The notes beneath the pieces are model-generated. The model was not told the DNA's origin, ran no database searches, and worked only from the letters and a program-made list of their open reading frames with translations. Made by a program: the position numbers and the translations under genes. DNA of 64,000 nt from Vitrella brassicaformis CCMP3155 (taxonomy: Eukaryota; Protista; Chromerida): the NCBI GenBank assembly GCA_001179505.1, contig CDMY01000193.1, positions 62,001 through 126,000 of the forward strand, written 5' to 3'. The number at the start of each line of letters is the position of its first letter. Positions within the stretch are counted from its first letter, which is position 1. This document shows, one piece after another, positions 33,343-45,500 of this stretch.

Positions 33343-34459
33343 ATGAAGCCTGCTTGCTTCTCTGCGGCGACGTCAATGCCTTTGATTGTCGAGTGGCTTC
33401 CGCCGCTTCTCTCATCTGTCCACCTGAAACATGGATCAGACTTGATCTCTCGTCCGCGCTCTGTCGGCTACGATGAGGCGGCTGTGATCCAGCGGAGCCT
33501 CTGTGACAACCACGTTGCTGTAGCGGTGCCGACGCTTGCTCGTGGACCGAGAAGGTGGGGCTGCACTCGTTGCACTCATCCATTTCTGTCGTGCTGCACG
33601 AGTGGACTGTCTGTGGATGATGTGGCGTCGCGTGTGTGCAGGGTTCCGAGTCTTCCCTTTGCTGTCGCGCTGGCGGAGACCCTGCCTCCCAGTTGTGGGT
33701 CAGTCTTGCTGCACCACCGTGCGCGAGACTTCGATGTGAGTGGCCTCCGGCAGCACCTACAGGACCACCAGGACGCCTATCGGCAGCTGCATGGCGTCCT
33801 TGTGGTTTATGGTGACCCGCCTCGCCCAGGCTGTCCTGCTGTCGAGTCGCCGTGTCTGGCGAAAGACGCCATCGAGTGCTTCACGGTGCGCAAACGTCAG
33901 GGCACATGCACACACACATGCTGCTGCCAGGATAGGATGTGGTTTCTGTTCTCCCTGTATGCAGCGTGCCGGGGTCAGGTGTGGAGGTGCTGTCAACATG
34001 TGTTCGCTTGACCCACTGATGGCGGCGTCAGAGGCGCGAAGGATGACGGACAAGCTTGAGGCCGGCGCGTCTTTCATCGTCTCACAGCCTGTCCTTGATG
34101 CATCTCTCGCCCACAGCTTCCTCCAAGCGTGGCGCGACGACAACCCTTCTCTGCTGTCAAACATCAAGTCGCCTTTCCTCTATGTCGGCCTGCTGGCGCC
34201 CACGTCTGTTGATAGCCTCAAGTTCTTTGTACGTCGTGTGGGTGTTCCCGCGGCCCGTCATGTGCTGGCGCGTCTGGTGCGGTCGGAGAGGAGGGGCCAG
34301 GGCGATGCTCTGGACGATCTGAATGTGTCGACTTTCGTACATCTGTCAGGGCATTTTCGTGACATTGTGGCTGGCGTGTATCTGACATCTGGTGCCAGCA
34401 GGGATGTGTCGCGTGTGGCGAGACTGCTTCCGCGGCTGCGTGAAAGCTTGTCGTTATAA
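33343..34459 (+). CDS. Divergent methylenetetrahydrofolate reductase (MetF)-fold protein, 3 exons
   Basis: IVEWLPP (cf. FEFFPP), HHRARD (cf. HLTCRD), VLVVYGDPP, KLEAGASFIVSQPVLD (cf. KxxAGAxFxITQxxFD), YVGLLAPTS. Confidence 0.7.
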
Positions 34460-34708
34460 ACACAACAAATAGGGTGGAAGTGAGCCCGGGCAGGTGGTTT
34501 TGAGTTAGGGCGGACACACGCCGTGAAGGCAAACAAACTTGAGCTTCGTGGCATCGCCGACACACCTTTCGTCCAACACAGGCGAGCAACCCCTACATAC
34601 CCATCCATTATCAGATCTTCTTCCGTTTCCGCCTGCCTGTCTGTCGACCGATGTTGCCTCGTCATAGCCGGCACGCCCTCTCATGAGATCCCTGCGTTGT
34701 TCCTGTCA

Positions 34709-37700
34709 ATGGACGCCCTTGACCAGCCTCCCCCGCCCTCCCTTCCCCCGGTCGGTCCATGCCGTCTTGTTGCGTCGACTCTGCTGATCTTTCTGCTCAC
34801 CCTTGTGGCGTTTTTCCGCAGCACCGGATCAGCACTCATATGCCTCATCAACGGTCCCAGGGGCGGCGGGCGACTCAGGCTCAAGGACCTGCAGCCGAGG
34901 GGGAGCGCACGGAGGCCTCCTGCCGCGCAGCCGTGCAAGCCGCCATCGTCTGTGGCTCTCAGCTCGTCGTCGTTGCTTGCGCCACCGAGACCTGTAAGAC
35001 GGCTGCCTCCAGATCTGGATGGAGATGGCGGTGATGATGGCCATGTTGCGGCTCTCCTGCCCCGTGACGTCCTCAAGGCCCAGGACGTCGTGACAGTTAT
35101 TGACGAGTTCTTCGCGACCAGCGTGGCTGAGGACAAGACGGGCAGCGACGGCTTGTCGATGGTGCAGGGCCCGATCATCGAGCTTATGAATGGCGTGCCC
35201 AGCATCCGGCGGCCAGTGGATCTGTCAGGGAGCTCCCCACCATTAGCCCCCGAGACCCTTCAGGACACCATTAAGAGGCGGCGGCGGCAGCTCAGTGCCA
35301 AGAGGGCGAGGAAGGCGGCAGCGGGCATCCCCGTTCGCATCTATCGCTTCCGCTCGTCGTCGAGGAAGCCATTCCGGCCCATGACAGAGAAACTGCCCCT
35401 TGCCCTCATGAGCTTTTCAACCGCCCCCCTGCCCGCCCTCCTCTTTCCCCCTGCAGCCCCCAGCCCTCTTGCCAACGATGAGGACCATCCCTTAGACAGC
35501 CATGGGCCACAGAGCCACAGCGTCCCTGATGTTTCATTGGTGCTGAATGCCACCGAGCCGCAGCCAGCGACGCCGAGTGGTTCCGAGCTCTCTCTCGCGT
35601 TGCAGAGCTTCGCCACGTCCCGTGACGGGTCGGTCGATGCGGCCGCTGTGAGCGCTCTGCAGCCCCTGACGAACCAGACGGCTGATGAGGGCCCGCCGGT
35701 GGTGCAACGCAAGACAGGCAGACCGCGGAAGACCCGGCCTCGAGCTGGTGCGGCCAAACGCCGGCCCTCCAGACGAAGGAAAGAGGCGCATGACGAGGGG
35801 CTGATGGGCGAGGAAGACGACGTGGGGACAGACGTTGATGAGGTCGACGAGGGGGAGTGGGTGCTCGACACGGGCAGCCTGCCGCTGCCCGAGGAGTCTC
35901 CGCGTCGGTTCTTCAGGCGCAGCAACGAGTACTACCAGCAGTCCAACAGGGATTACGTGGATGAGCTGCAGCCCATGCTGCGATTCGAACGGCGGCTGGT
36001 GGCCATGGAAAGCGAGCTGCTGCGGCCGCCCACGTTGGACGAGGTGCTGGCGGCGGAGGGCATCGAGAGGGAGGAATTCGAACGCATGAAGGGCAGATTC
36101 AACGAGGCAGAGGTGAGAGGGTCGAGGGTGGAGGGTTGAGGAACACGGGAGGGAGGCGGGACACATGTTTGTCTGTGTCTGTTGGCGTCAGGTTGGTCTT
36201 CCTTTGAACAACATGGGTCTGCTTCTCAACGAGGCCTCGAGGGTCCTTGTGACTTCTCGCGACGGTCAGTCAGTGCAGTGAGCACATCCATCAACTCAAC
36301 AGATAGACAAGCGACACACGCCACGCTCGCCATGCCATGCACCCATCCCATCGACCCTCATGTGTTTGGCTGGTGTTTGTGTGCCGTGTCGTGGGCGCAT
36401 TGCTTGATTTGATGCAGACACGGTTTTGTGGGACCTGGCCCATTTTGGGTTGGATACTTTGCGTGAGGCAGCGCGTCGGTTTGACCCTGACCGCAACACC
36501 ACCTACATGACCTACGCCTTCTACGACATGAAGAAGGCCATGCTCAGGGGCGGACAGGAGCTATTCTGCAAAGTCACACTCAGCGCCCAGGGCTGGAATA
36601 GCCTCCTCAAGGTGACCGCAGTCACCGCCACCCCGCACTCCCGCCCGCACAATTCATTGCCGACATCAACACAGACACTTGGTGATTTCGGTCGTTGCCT
36701 CTCTCTTACGTGTGTGTGTGCAGCTGAATCGTGCCCGCAAGCGCCTGTCTGCGAGCCTGGGCCGCGAGCCGACTCCCCATGAGCTGAGTGAGGCGACCGA
36801 CCTGTCCCTCACGGTCATCTCACGCCTCGCCAAGCTGAATGATGCGGCGCTGGCGTCGTCCACCCTGGTGCAGCAGTACCACGACCGTGACGACTCGTAC
36901 CTCACCCGCCTGGACCAGAAGATAGCCTCGCTGCAGGCCGGGAACACCCCAGTGAGATCCCGCAGCGACCCACTTTCTGAGGACACTATGGTTGATAGTA
37001 GCGACTGGTGGCGGGAGGGGGGCGGGGGATGGGGCGACCGGTCGTCGCGCCTCCTTGGTGAGGCCATCGAGCGTCGGAGGGAGGCGGATGAGGAAAGAGT
37101 GGCCACGGAGACCCGGGCCAACATCACACACTGTTGCAAGCTCCTACTCGGTGACGAACTGGCCAAAGTCATGGTCCTCCGGTAAGTCAGGACAAGGCAC
37201 GCATACACACACAGACAGCACCTTCCACATCCATGCCTTTCTCGTGTCGTGTGTGTCGGCTTGTAGGTGGGGTTTCGACCAGGGGCTGCCCCGTCTGTTG
37301 CGCGAGGTTGGCGTGCTGTGCCACCGGAGCAAGGAGTGGTGCCGCCAAACTGTCGAGGAAGCCTTCGCCATCATTGATGGCCGCCGCCTGCCGCACGGCG
37401 TCGACTCGCGGCACGACCTGACCCCCGAGATGTGGAAGGCGCGGGAGTACCTCAACTCCCTCGGATGGTTCAACCAAGCCAGTCTGCGGGAGATCGTCGA
37501 GAGGACACGGGGGAAGACCGGCACGCCTGGCGGGTGCTGGAACAGGGAACGAGGGAGCATCAAGAGGGAGGATGCTGCTGACGGCGGTGGTGGTGCCCAA
37601 GGCCCTCCTGTGATAGATGTGTGGAGGGGCATTGGCCTGGAGGCTGTGGGATCGGACAAGGATGGAGATGGGGGCGGGGAGAAGAGGAAAGGGTCGCAGA

Positions 37701-37759
37701 GGCAGAAGAAAGATGCGCCGGGCGAGGCGGTGCTGTCACTAGACAAGCTGCTCGCTTGA
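34709..37759 (+). CDS. Nucleus-encoded plastid RNA polymerase sigma-70-type factor, 5 exons
   Basis: Hydrophobic leader plus basic transit-like stretch. Region 2 DLAHFGLDTLREAARRFDPDRNTTYMTYA, region 3 LSASLGREPTPHELSEATDLS, region 4 VMVLRWGFDQGLPRLLREVGVLCHRSKEWCRQ. Confidence 0.88.
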
Positions 37760-38254
37760 TGTACAGGCAGGCATATGGTCTGCCTGTCTGTCTGTCTGTC
37801 TGAGTGAGCGAGTGCGGATTTTCGGCACGATTGCATGGGTAGAGGCGAGGAGGGGGACCCAGTCCTTCCCCCTCCTCTAGGAGTGATGATAGGGGCGGTG
37901 TGAGGGTCAATGTGGTCTGAGAATGCAGCGCTGAGACAGACGTGTATTTAAGACCTACACCTGCAGTCAGATGGATGGATGAGACAGACTTGACTTGACA
38001 TCCTCCAGATGAATGAATTGGAAAGACAGACAGACACACAGAAACCGGTCGGCACGCACCGAACCGATCACACTCATCGCGGACCACACACAGTGGGATG
38101 GGCAGGCGACACACCCATCCATGCATCCATCCATGCATCCATCCTCGGAAACGCCACAGCTCGCTCGCATCGACAAATTCAAGCATTTTGCAAGCAAGGA
38201 CCGAACAAACACTCAGCTCACTCACTGCCAGCAAGCCACCCTTTCCTTGCAAAG

Positions 38255-41200
38255 TCACCTCCCGGGCCGCGTCAGGGCATCCAAGTCAATGGCTGCATCC
38301 CGCCCCTCCTGGTGTCCGTTGACAAGTATGTCAACCAGGATATCCACATCCTCATGATCACCCCCCCCACCACCACCACCACCAGCAGCTGGTGGGGCGG
38401 CGGTGGGAGGCGGCCGATTACTCACTCCGACATCGTCTCGTCGTCTTTGGGGCGACGACGAGGGAGACGGGGCGGCCTTACAGGGGGTTGATGGCGAGAC
38501 ACCTCTCGCTGAGGCTGAATAGCCTGCCGCCCGTGCAAAGGGAGACGTGAACGGAGAGTGGCCGCAGTTGCGGGATGGGAGAGGGGGCTGAGCGGACGAA
38601 TCGCGAGCCAGCTGCATAAAGTGAGAGACGTGCATGGAGCAATCAGTACGTGTGTCGTGTCGTTACAGTACTTGGTGTTGCCTGTGTGCCTGGCCTACTC
38701 TATATCCCCTAGCCATCCTGCGGATGTATTCAGGCAGCCGGCGGACCTTCGGATGGAAGCTGCACTCACGGACCTGCACAGCACAGCACGACGGGCAAAC
38801 ACGGCAGATCGACATAAAAGAGAGACAGACATGCACACACACACACACGCGACGCGACGCGAATGCAGGCAGGTAGGCAGGGTGTCTTTGTTTTTTGTCA
38901 CCTCCTGTTCGTCCCTCTGTCTCCTGAATGTCTCCGCGGCCTTGTTGCGGATGCACTGCTCCTTCTGCAGACGCTCCATGTAGCGCGAGGCCGTCTTAAC
39001 ACGGCGCAAATCGCTGCATCCATGGCGCACATCACGGGAGTGAGTGGGGGTGTCCTTGACTGGTTTTTCCTTCCCTCACGTGAGCGATGAGTGTGCCTTG
39101 TGGCGGGAGGCGTTGAGCTCGGGCTGAGCAGAGAGACAGTCAAGCCATTAGTAGAAAGAGCTCTACTCAGTAAAGGTCAATCGTCCATCCGTGTGCATCA
39201 CCACGAATGAGAGCTGCTGATCCACAAGACGCTCCTGTGCAGCCCTCCTCTCCATCTGGATTGAGCAGCAATTGTGGAGGACATAGTATATTGATTGCCT
39301 TATCACACGTCGACGCGTAAGCACACGGCACATGGCTTACGAGTTTCTGTTCCCGTCTCAGCCTGTCGCCGTAGCTCATGGACACCACACCACGCTCACC
39401 CCTCGCTTGACTCATCCTGCATCGCATCGCATCGCATCGCACACACAAAAGACACACAAATACACACACGCACATATACACATACACATACACGGGCAGA
39501 GCATACCAATGTCTTAAGGGGAGCTCTGTCCTACCTACCTGTTGATGGTTGGCGCAAACCAGTCAGCATCCGCCTCACGCAGCCGTGCCTCCTCCCGTCG
39601 CTTCTTCCACTGCACCCTCACAGCCTCCAGCTGCAGACGATCCATGTGACCCAGGCGCGGCGGCGGAGGGCTCACATCGCGCCCCTTGTCGCTGCCCCAG
39701 AAGGGGGCCAAGGCAATGGTGTCTGGTGGTGGTGGTTTCAGCTCTGGCTGCTTCTTGGTCAGTCCTGTCTGTGCCGCCCATTGCCGCCACTGGTGGCTGC
39801 GGCGGCTGGCCACACGCTGGGACACCTGGCTGATGGTGGGCTTGTGGGAAGCTGAAAGAATAAGGAAAAGGCACACATCCGCGGATCGAGGTGTGGGTGT
39901 GGGTGTGCGCTAACTTACGCTGTCCTTGCTTAGCGAGGTGCTGCAGCCGCTTCATGCGGAGGTGCTCGTGTACGTTCTGCCGATAGAGAAACCCGAAGAA
40001 TATCTTCTGCGCCTCGTCCTCGCTATAAGTGGCCGTCGACCGGGAGGCCTCCCCAGGCATCATGTCGCCATCCCCGCCGTCACCCTGCCCCTCAGGCGGC
40101 CCTCCCCCCTTCCCTCGGGGAGGGGCAGAATCTGTGCACATCGACATGGGATGCGAGAAGCATGTCGATTGGAGAATCCTTAGGTCGCGTGTTGGGTGAC
40201 CCTTGTGCGCACCTGGTCGTTTGGATCTGCTGGGTGTGAACTCAGTGAGTCGGGTGACGGGGTGAAGCCTCAGATACGACCGCGCCATCACCATCTCGGC
40301 GGGAGGCTCCTTCACCTGACACACAAACGCATGGATCGCATCATGCACACACACATGCACTCACTCACATGCACTCACTCGCCACACGTACGTCATCCCC
40401 ATCCACTGACCTTCGGTGTGAAGGTGCATTCTTTGACGGCGTCGCTCATTGCCTGATGTCTCCTCCTCTCCCGGTAGCTCTCACTCAGGGCAGCGGACCG
40501 CGCAGCAGCGTCCTTCCGCCACCCAAACAGCACCCTGGCGCCCTTCTTGCCACCATCCACCACCTCAACGTTGGCACGGGGCGGTGAGGGCGAGGTTGGC
40601 GGCGAGGGTTCGGGGGATGGGGGGAGGGAGAGGGTGATGGGGCGCTGCAGGAGAGGCTGCGCTGTGTCTTCTTGTTCATCTCGTTTTTGCAGGTTGGAGT
40701 GCAGGGCGGGGACTTTCCTTTGGGATGGCAGGATGTTTGGGTGGAAGGTGCAGTAGCGGTCCACCTCCGTCTGTAGGCATAACATAACATACACTCACGG
40801 CAAGGACGGCCAATGGATGTGTTCGTGTCGGTGAGGAATGAGAGTGTGCTCACGTTTTCCCTTCGTTTGGTGAGGTGTGATTGTGCGATCTGGCAGCGAT
40901 CCACAACCTGAATGTACTGTCGCTTCGGCTGCGAAGACACGCCACATCAGTGGATGTGATTGATACACACATGTGTCTCCCTCCCCTGACCTCGGCGAGC
41001 CGCTGGAGCAGTTGGCTGACGTTCACCTTGAAGGTGGCAGGCCGGGCGGGGGGCCGCTGCGTGCCGCCCTGGTTACTGAACTGCAATGGCACTCTAAATG
41101 GCTGAAACGAACACGCCTCAAGCTCTTTCTCGTCCCTGCAGACAGACAGCCAGCATAACACACACCATGAACTCCGGTCCGGTTTCCCTCCATCCCTCCG

Positions 41201-42457
41201 TCCTTTGAATGCACCGCACTTTCTCTTGACGCGATCCAGCTGCTTTTGTTGCTTGCGAACCTGAAGGAAAGGAGAAATAGACAGTCATCGTCACCCCCAT
41301 GTAGTATCGATGCTCACGCTCCACATTTCTTGTCTCTCAAAGAACGATGTCTCCTCCACAAATCGAGACACGGGCCGCCTCACCGGCCGCTCCGCCTCTC
41401 TCTTCTTCCCAGCAGCACCCCCCATCCGTGCGGCGTAGGCCAGCACCTTCTGCACGCCCCCAGTGTGTGTCCCCCCTGCCAGCGACACTGATGCCGAGTA
41501 GGAATGTGTGGCGCTCACGGCCACCGACGGCAACAGTGACGGCGCGTCCTCTGTGCGAGTGGAAGGAAGAGTTTTCGACGGAGGGGTGTGGACCACAACG
41601 GGTGGTGGAGATCTCGGTATGCCTTGAGTGGTGGGTGCTGGTGCCACCGTCTCTGCAGCCCGTCTTTCCTCCTGCACCGAAGGCCCCCCTTCTGATGTCG
41701 GCTCTTCCATTGGTAAACTATGATCCTCTGCTGGCTCCTGGCTTGGCTGCTGCTGCTGCTGCTGCTGATGCTGCTGCTGTTGTGCGCTGTGCGTTGTCGG
41801 CTGCAGATAGCCGAACGGCGCCGCTTGGCTCGCAGAAGGCTCCCCAGCAGATGTTTGTGATAATCGGCTGTCGGCCTGTGTGTAGGGCGGAGGGAGGGCT
41901 GAAACAGGTGCCGAGGGGGAAGCGGATGGGGGGCTGCAATGACCTGCAGAGAAGCAGGCAGAGGAACGTGTGTCCGTTGGTCCAAACGAATCCGCTAAAT
42001 TAAATGCGCACTCACCTGGTTGCTGTTTTTCCGTTTCTGCGATGATTTCCTCCGCATCGGCACAGCTCAGGAGAGGCGGCAGACCCATCCCATCATCGGC
42101 CTCATCGCCAGGGACAGCCACCAAGGCCATGCCGTCTCCCTCGGAGTCCCCCATCTGCATGTCTGCATGATCCACATCCCAGTCGTGCATGTGGTCGTCC
42201 AGCGCATACGCAAGTGCCACGTCCACGTCAACCTCCTCCTCAATGCCGCCAGCACCCTCAGCCGCATCATGCGCAAAATCACCGCGGTCCGCAAAAGCGA
42301 CAGGGAGTTGAGACGGGTCAGCAGGGCCTGGCGAGGAAGGAAGGCCGGTCCCCAGGGGGTACTCACGAGCAAACTGTTGCATCAAATCAAAAGACGGAAT
42401 CCTTTGCTGGGGGCTTGGGGGCCTGCGAGCTCGAATGTCGTTTCCAAACGCCGACAC
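38255..42457 (-). CDS. Large low-complexity protein with dispersed (E/Y)C(T/S)FxP-type repeats; start uncertain (ATG 42382 or an upstream exon)
   Basis: Multi-exon. Motifs EACSFQP, RYCTFHP, KECTFTP, TEFTP, SHKPTI and WFAPTI, each near basic helical segments. Acidic disordered N-terminus. Confidence 0.6.
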
Positions 42458-42504
42458 TCTGCTGCCTTATCGAGCAGGCCAAATAAGCATCTGACGATTT
42501 GACG

Positions 42505-45500
42505 ATGGCGAGCCCCTCTGCTCAGACAGAAAGCTTGATGACCGAGCCGCCCTCACGGAGCGTCCATGAGGGCACGGTGGAAAGCAGCGCTCAGCCATCA
42601 CCTGCCGCCACCCATGTAGGCCGCGCAGAGGGAAGCCGTTCATTGTCTGTCACCTATTCATCTGCTTCCTCACACTTTCGAGTATGTATTTGTGTGTGCT
42701 GTTTGTAGGCCGTGAAGTCAGCAAATGGCGGTGCTCGCACGAGCGAGGTGTTGGTGCTGTCTGAGGGCCTGGAGGACACGTACAAACTCACCATCAATCA
42801 AGACAGCACCGGAAAGGTAGGCAAATCACATATGAACAATGACCTCCGCTTCTGCATGTACATTCAGGTGACTGAGAAGCGCGAGCCCGCCCCGAGGCCA
42901 ACGGCGAGCCCCTCATCGCTCTCGCCCCTCGGACACAGCACTGACTATGACCACAACGCATGCACATTCGGTCAGAGCACAACAAACAGATTACAAATGT
43001 GACCTCTCACCGGCATGTCGCCCCATTTCCCTTACATGTGTGCAGGTGAGCCACGGGGGCACGTGCCGCACACCAGCCCTGACAATGACGCGCGCATCCC
43101 CATTGGCTACTCGTCCAGTCCGCCCTCTCGTTTGGCCAGCCCCTACCCCACGGCACTCTTCGTCGCCCAGCCCTTTCCTCTCGCATTCAGCTCACTCCCA
43201 CAGAGCACCAAGGGGGCATCGCTGCGGCCACCAAAGGGCAAAAAAGGAAAGGGAAAGAAGCCTCCTCCGATGCCGCTGAGCCCCTACCGTGTCCCGCCGG
43301 TGTGTGAGGACGCCCTCGACAGCCAGGGCAAACGGTTGCAGCCCGACCTCCGGTGGACCGTCCCTGTGCTGCCGCATCCCTATGGCGGCGACCAGTCGGC
43401 CGTCTACCCCTACCCCGCCCTGGTTCCTGTGGCTGAAGGGGGGCCGGGCGGCCAGCTCAAGTGGCACAGCGCCGCCCCTACATTGGGGCACTTGGGCAAC
43501 CAGGGCCTGCCGCTGCCGTCGGTCTTTCAGGCGACTGCAGCATCATCGATGGTGAATGGTGGGCTGGGCCCGAGGGTTGAGGGCGTGTCGAGCAAGACCA
43601 CATCGCAAGCAGCGAGGCGGGCTGCGGGGAGGGGGAGAGGTGGTGGACGCTCAGTGTCGTCGAAGAGCAAGGCGAAGGGGAGGGATCGGGGGAGGGGTCT
43701 GGACGGGGCCGACAAGAGGAAGGCTGCAACTGCTCTGCCGCCAATCAACGGGTAGGTAAGTCGAGCTCGCTGAGCTCTCTTCCATTTGTCTCCTGTCCGC
43801 ATTTATGTCTCCTTCTTTATATGCCAGAGACATCATTCCAGCTGGGGTGCGAGTGTATGAAGATTGGCGCACGGGCGCCATACACGTGCATCACCACTAC
43901 TATGTCAAGAAACCCAAGCCCGGCACCACGTCATCTACCGTCACCAAGGCACAGCAGCCACCCGAACAGCCGCCCGCCACGATCGACCAGCCGACATCCA
44001 CAAACGAGCCGACAACCGTGTCTCAGCCGGAGCAGCGAGCTGGATGCACTGCCCCCATGAAGGAGACAGATAAGAGGCGGTCTCAGCCCATGCATGCGAG
44101 GCCGAAGGAGCTCTCACGAGTCCATCCACCACCTCGGTCGCACAGCACTCAAGCTCCATCGGCCAAGAAAAGCCTTCCTGCGACGTCAGTGGATCCAACG
44201 CCGCCCGAAGCTTCGGCTCGCTTTGACGACAGCGGGACGCAGACCGACCTGCTGGGCATGACTCTGGATCAGATCTTCTCCTTTGGTGCCGAGATTGCTC
44301 GCGGGTCACCACCGAGGTCGATGTCGCCCGATGCACTGCCGTCTCTCTTTCCTCCCCTGAGCCCCTCCCCCTCAGCCCCGAGCGTCGGCGGTCGGCCGTG
44401 CACGTCGTCAGAGGCGCAGGCATTCCTGCCCAAGATTGGTCGTGGGCAGGAGACAGAGGCCGCTGCTACTGCTGCGGCACCTCCTGGTGAAGGCGACAAG
44501 GGTGCGGCGAAAACCGACGGCCATGCGGCCGTGCCGCCTGCTGAGGCTGCTGCAGCGGATGAGGCAAAATCGGTGCAGTTTCAGAAGAAGGTAGGTGGTG
44601 ATGTGGAAGGCGAGGAGGCCACCCTCACCGAGTCTATCTCCAGCAAGTCCAAGAAGCTGCAGCGCAAGGGCACAGGGATGCCGTCGATGGCCCTCCGGTC
44701 GGCGCTGCATGAGATCGAGGACGAAGATGAAGACGAGGATGACGAGGCCATGGAGGGAGGGCCACAAGAGCACGAGTCGGATGACGCGGAGGAAGAGGAA
44801 GAAGAGACGCCTCCAAGGAAGAAGGGCCTGCAGCGGAAAGGCACGGGAATGCCCGCTAAGACGCTCAGGGACGCGCTGATGGATGTTGAAGACGACGAGT
44901 GTGGTGCTGCACAGGAGGAGAGGCCGGTCAATGTCGTCACTAAGGCCACCATACTGCCCAAGCCCACCAAGACTGTGCCAGCTGGGGAGAAGAAGATGCA
45001 GCTTGTGGGCAAGGGCAGAAGACGCTCAATGGTGAAGGTCGACGACGGGCACGGTGAGGAGACATCCCCGTCAGCTTCTGTGCGCAAGCCCGCCCCCAAA
45101 GAGCGACCTGGTGCGGTGTCGGCTGGCGACCGTCCGGACGACCGTCGTGTCAATTGGGATCGAGAGGCAGAGGAGAATCAGGGCGACTTGCAATCATCAC
45201 GGGGCAAACGCATCATGGCCAGAAGGCCTACTGGTACGCAACCATTTGCCGACGAGCGAGCACAGCCGTCCACAATCAGCAGGTGTTGTGTGTGTGCAGG
45301 CTTGCCGTCGACGCAGTTACGTCAGGCACTGCAGGACCTCGAGGACGAAGATGAAGGGGAATATGAGGGGGGGCCGGCGCCAGATGAGCAACCTGAGGAC
45401 TCGTCGCCACAGCATGAGGCCAGAGATGAGGAGGGAGGTGGGAGTCCAGGTGACCCAAATGTAAGCACAAAACAGACTCCTAGCCTTGTCGGTACGTGGC

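Noticed and set aside
34523-34708. N-terminal 62 codons of the 538-aa ORF as part of the sigma factor
   Set aside because: It starts at GTG just after the MetF-like stop and includes simple repeats. ATG 34709 places the hydrophobic leader near the N-terminus.
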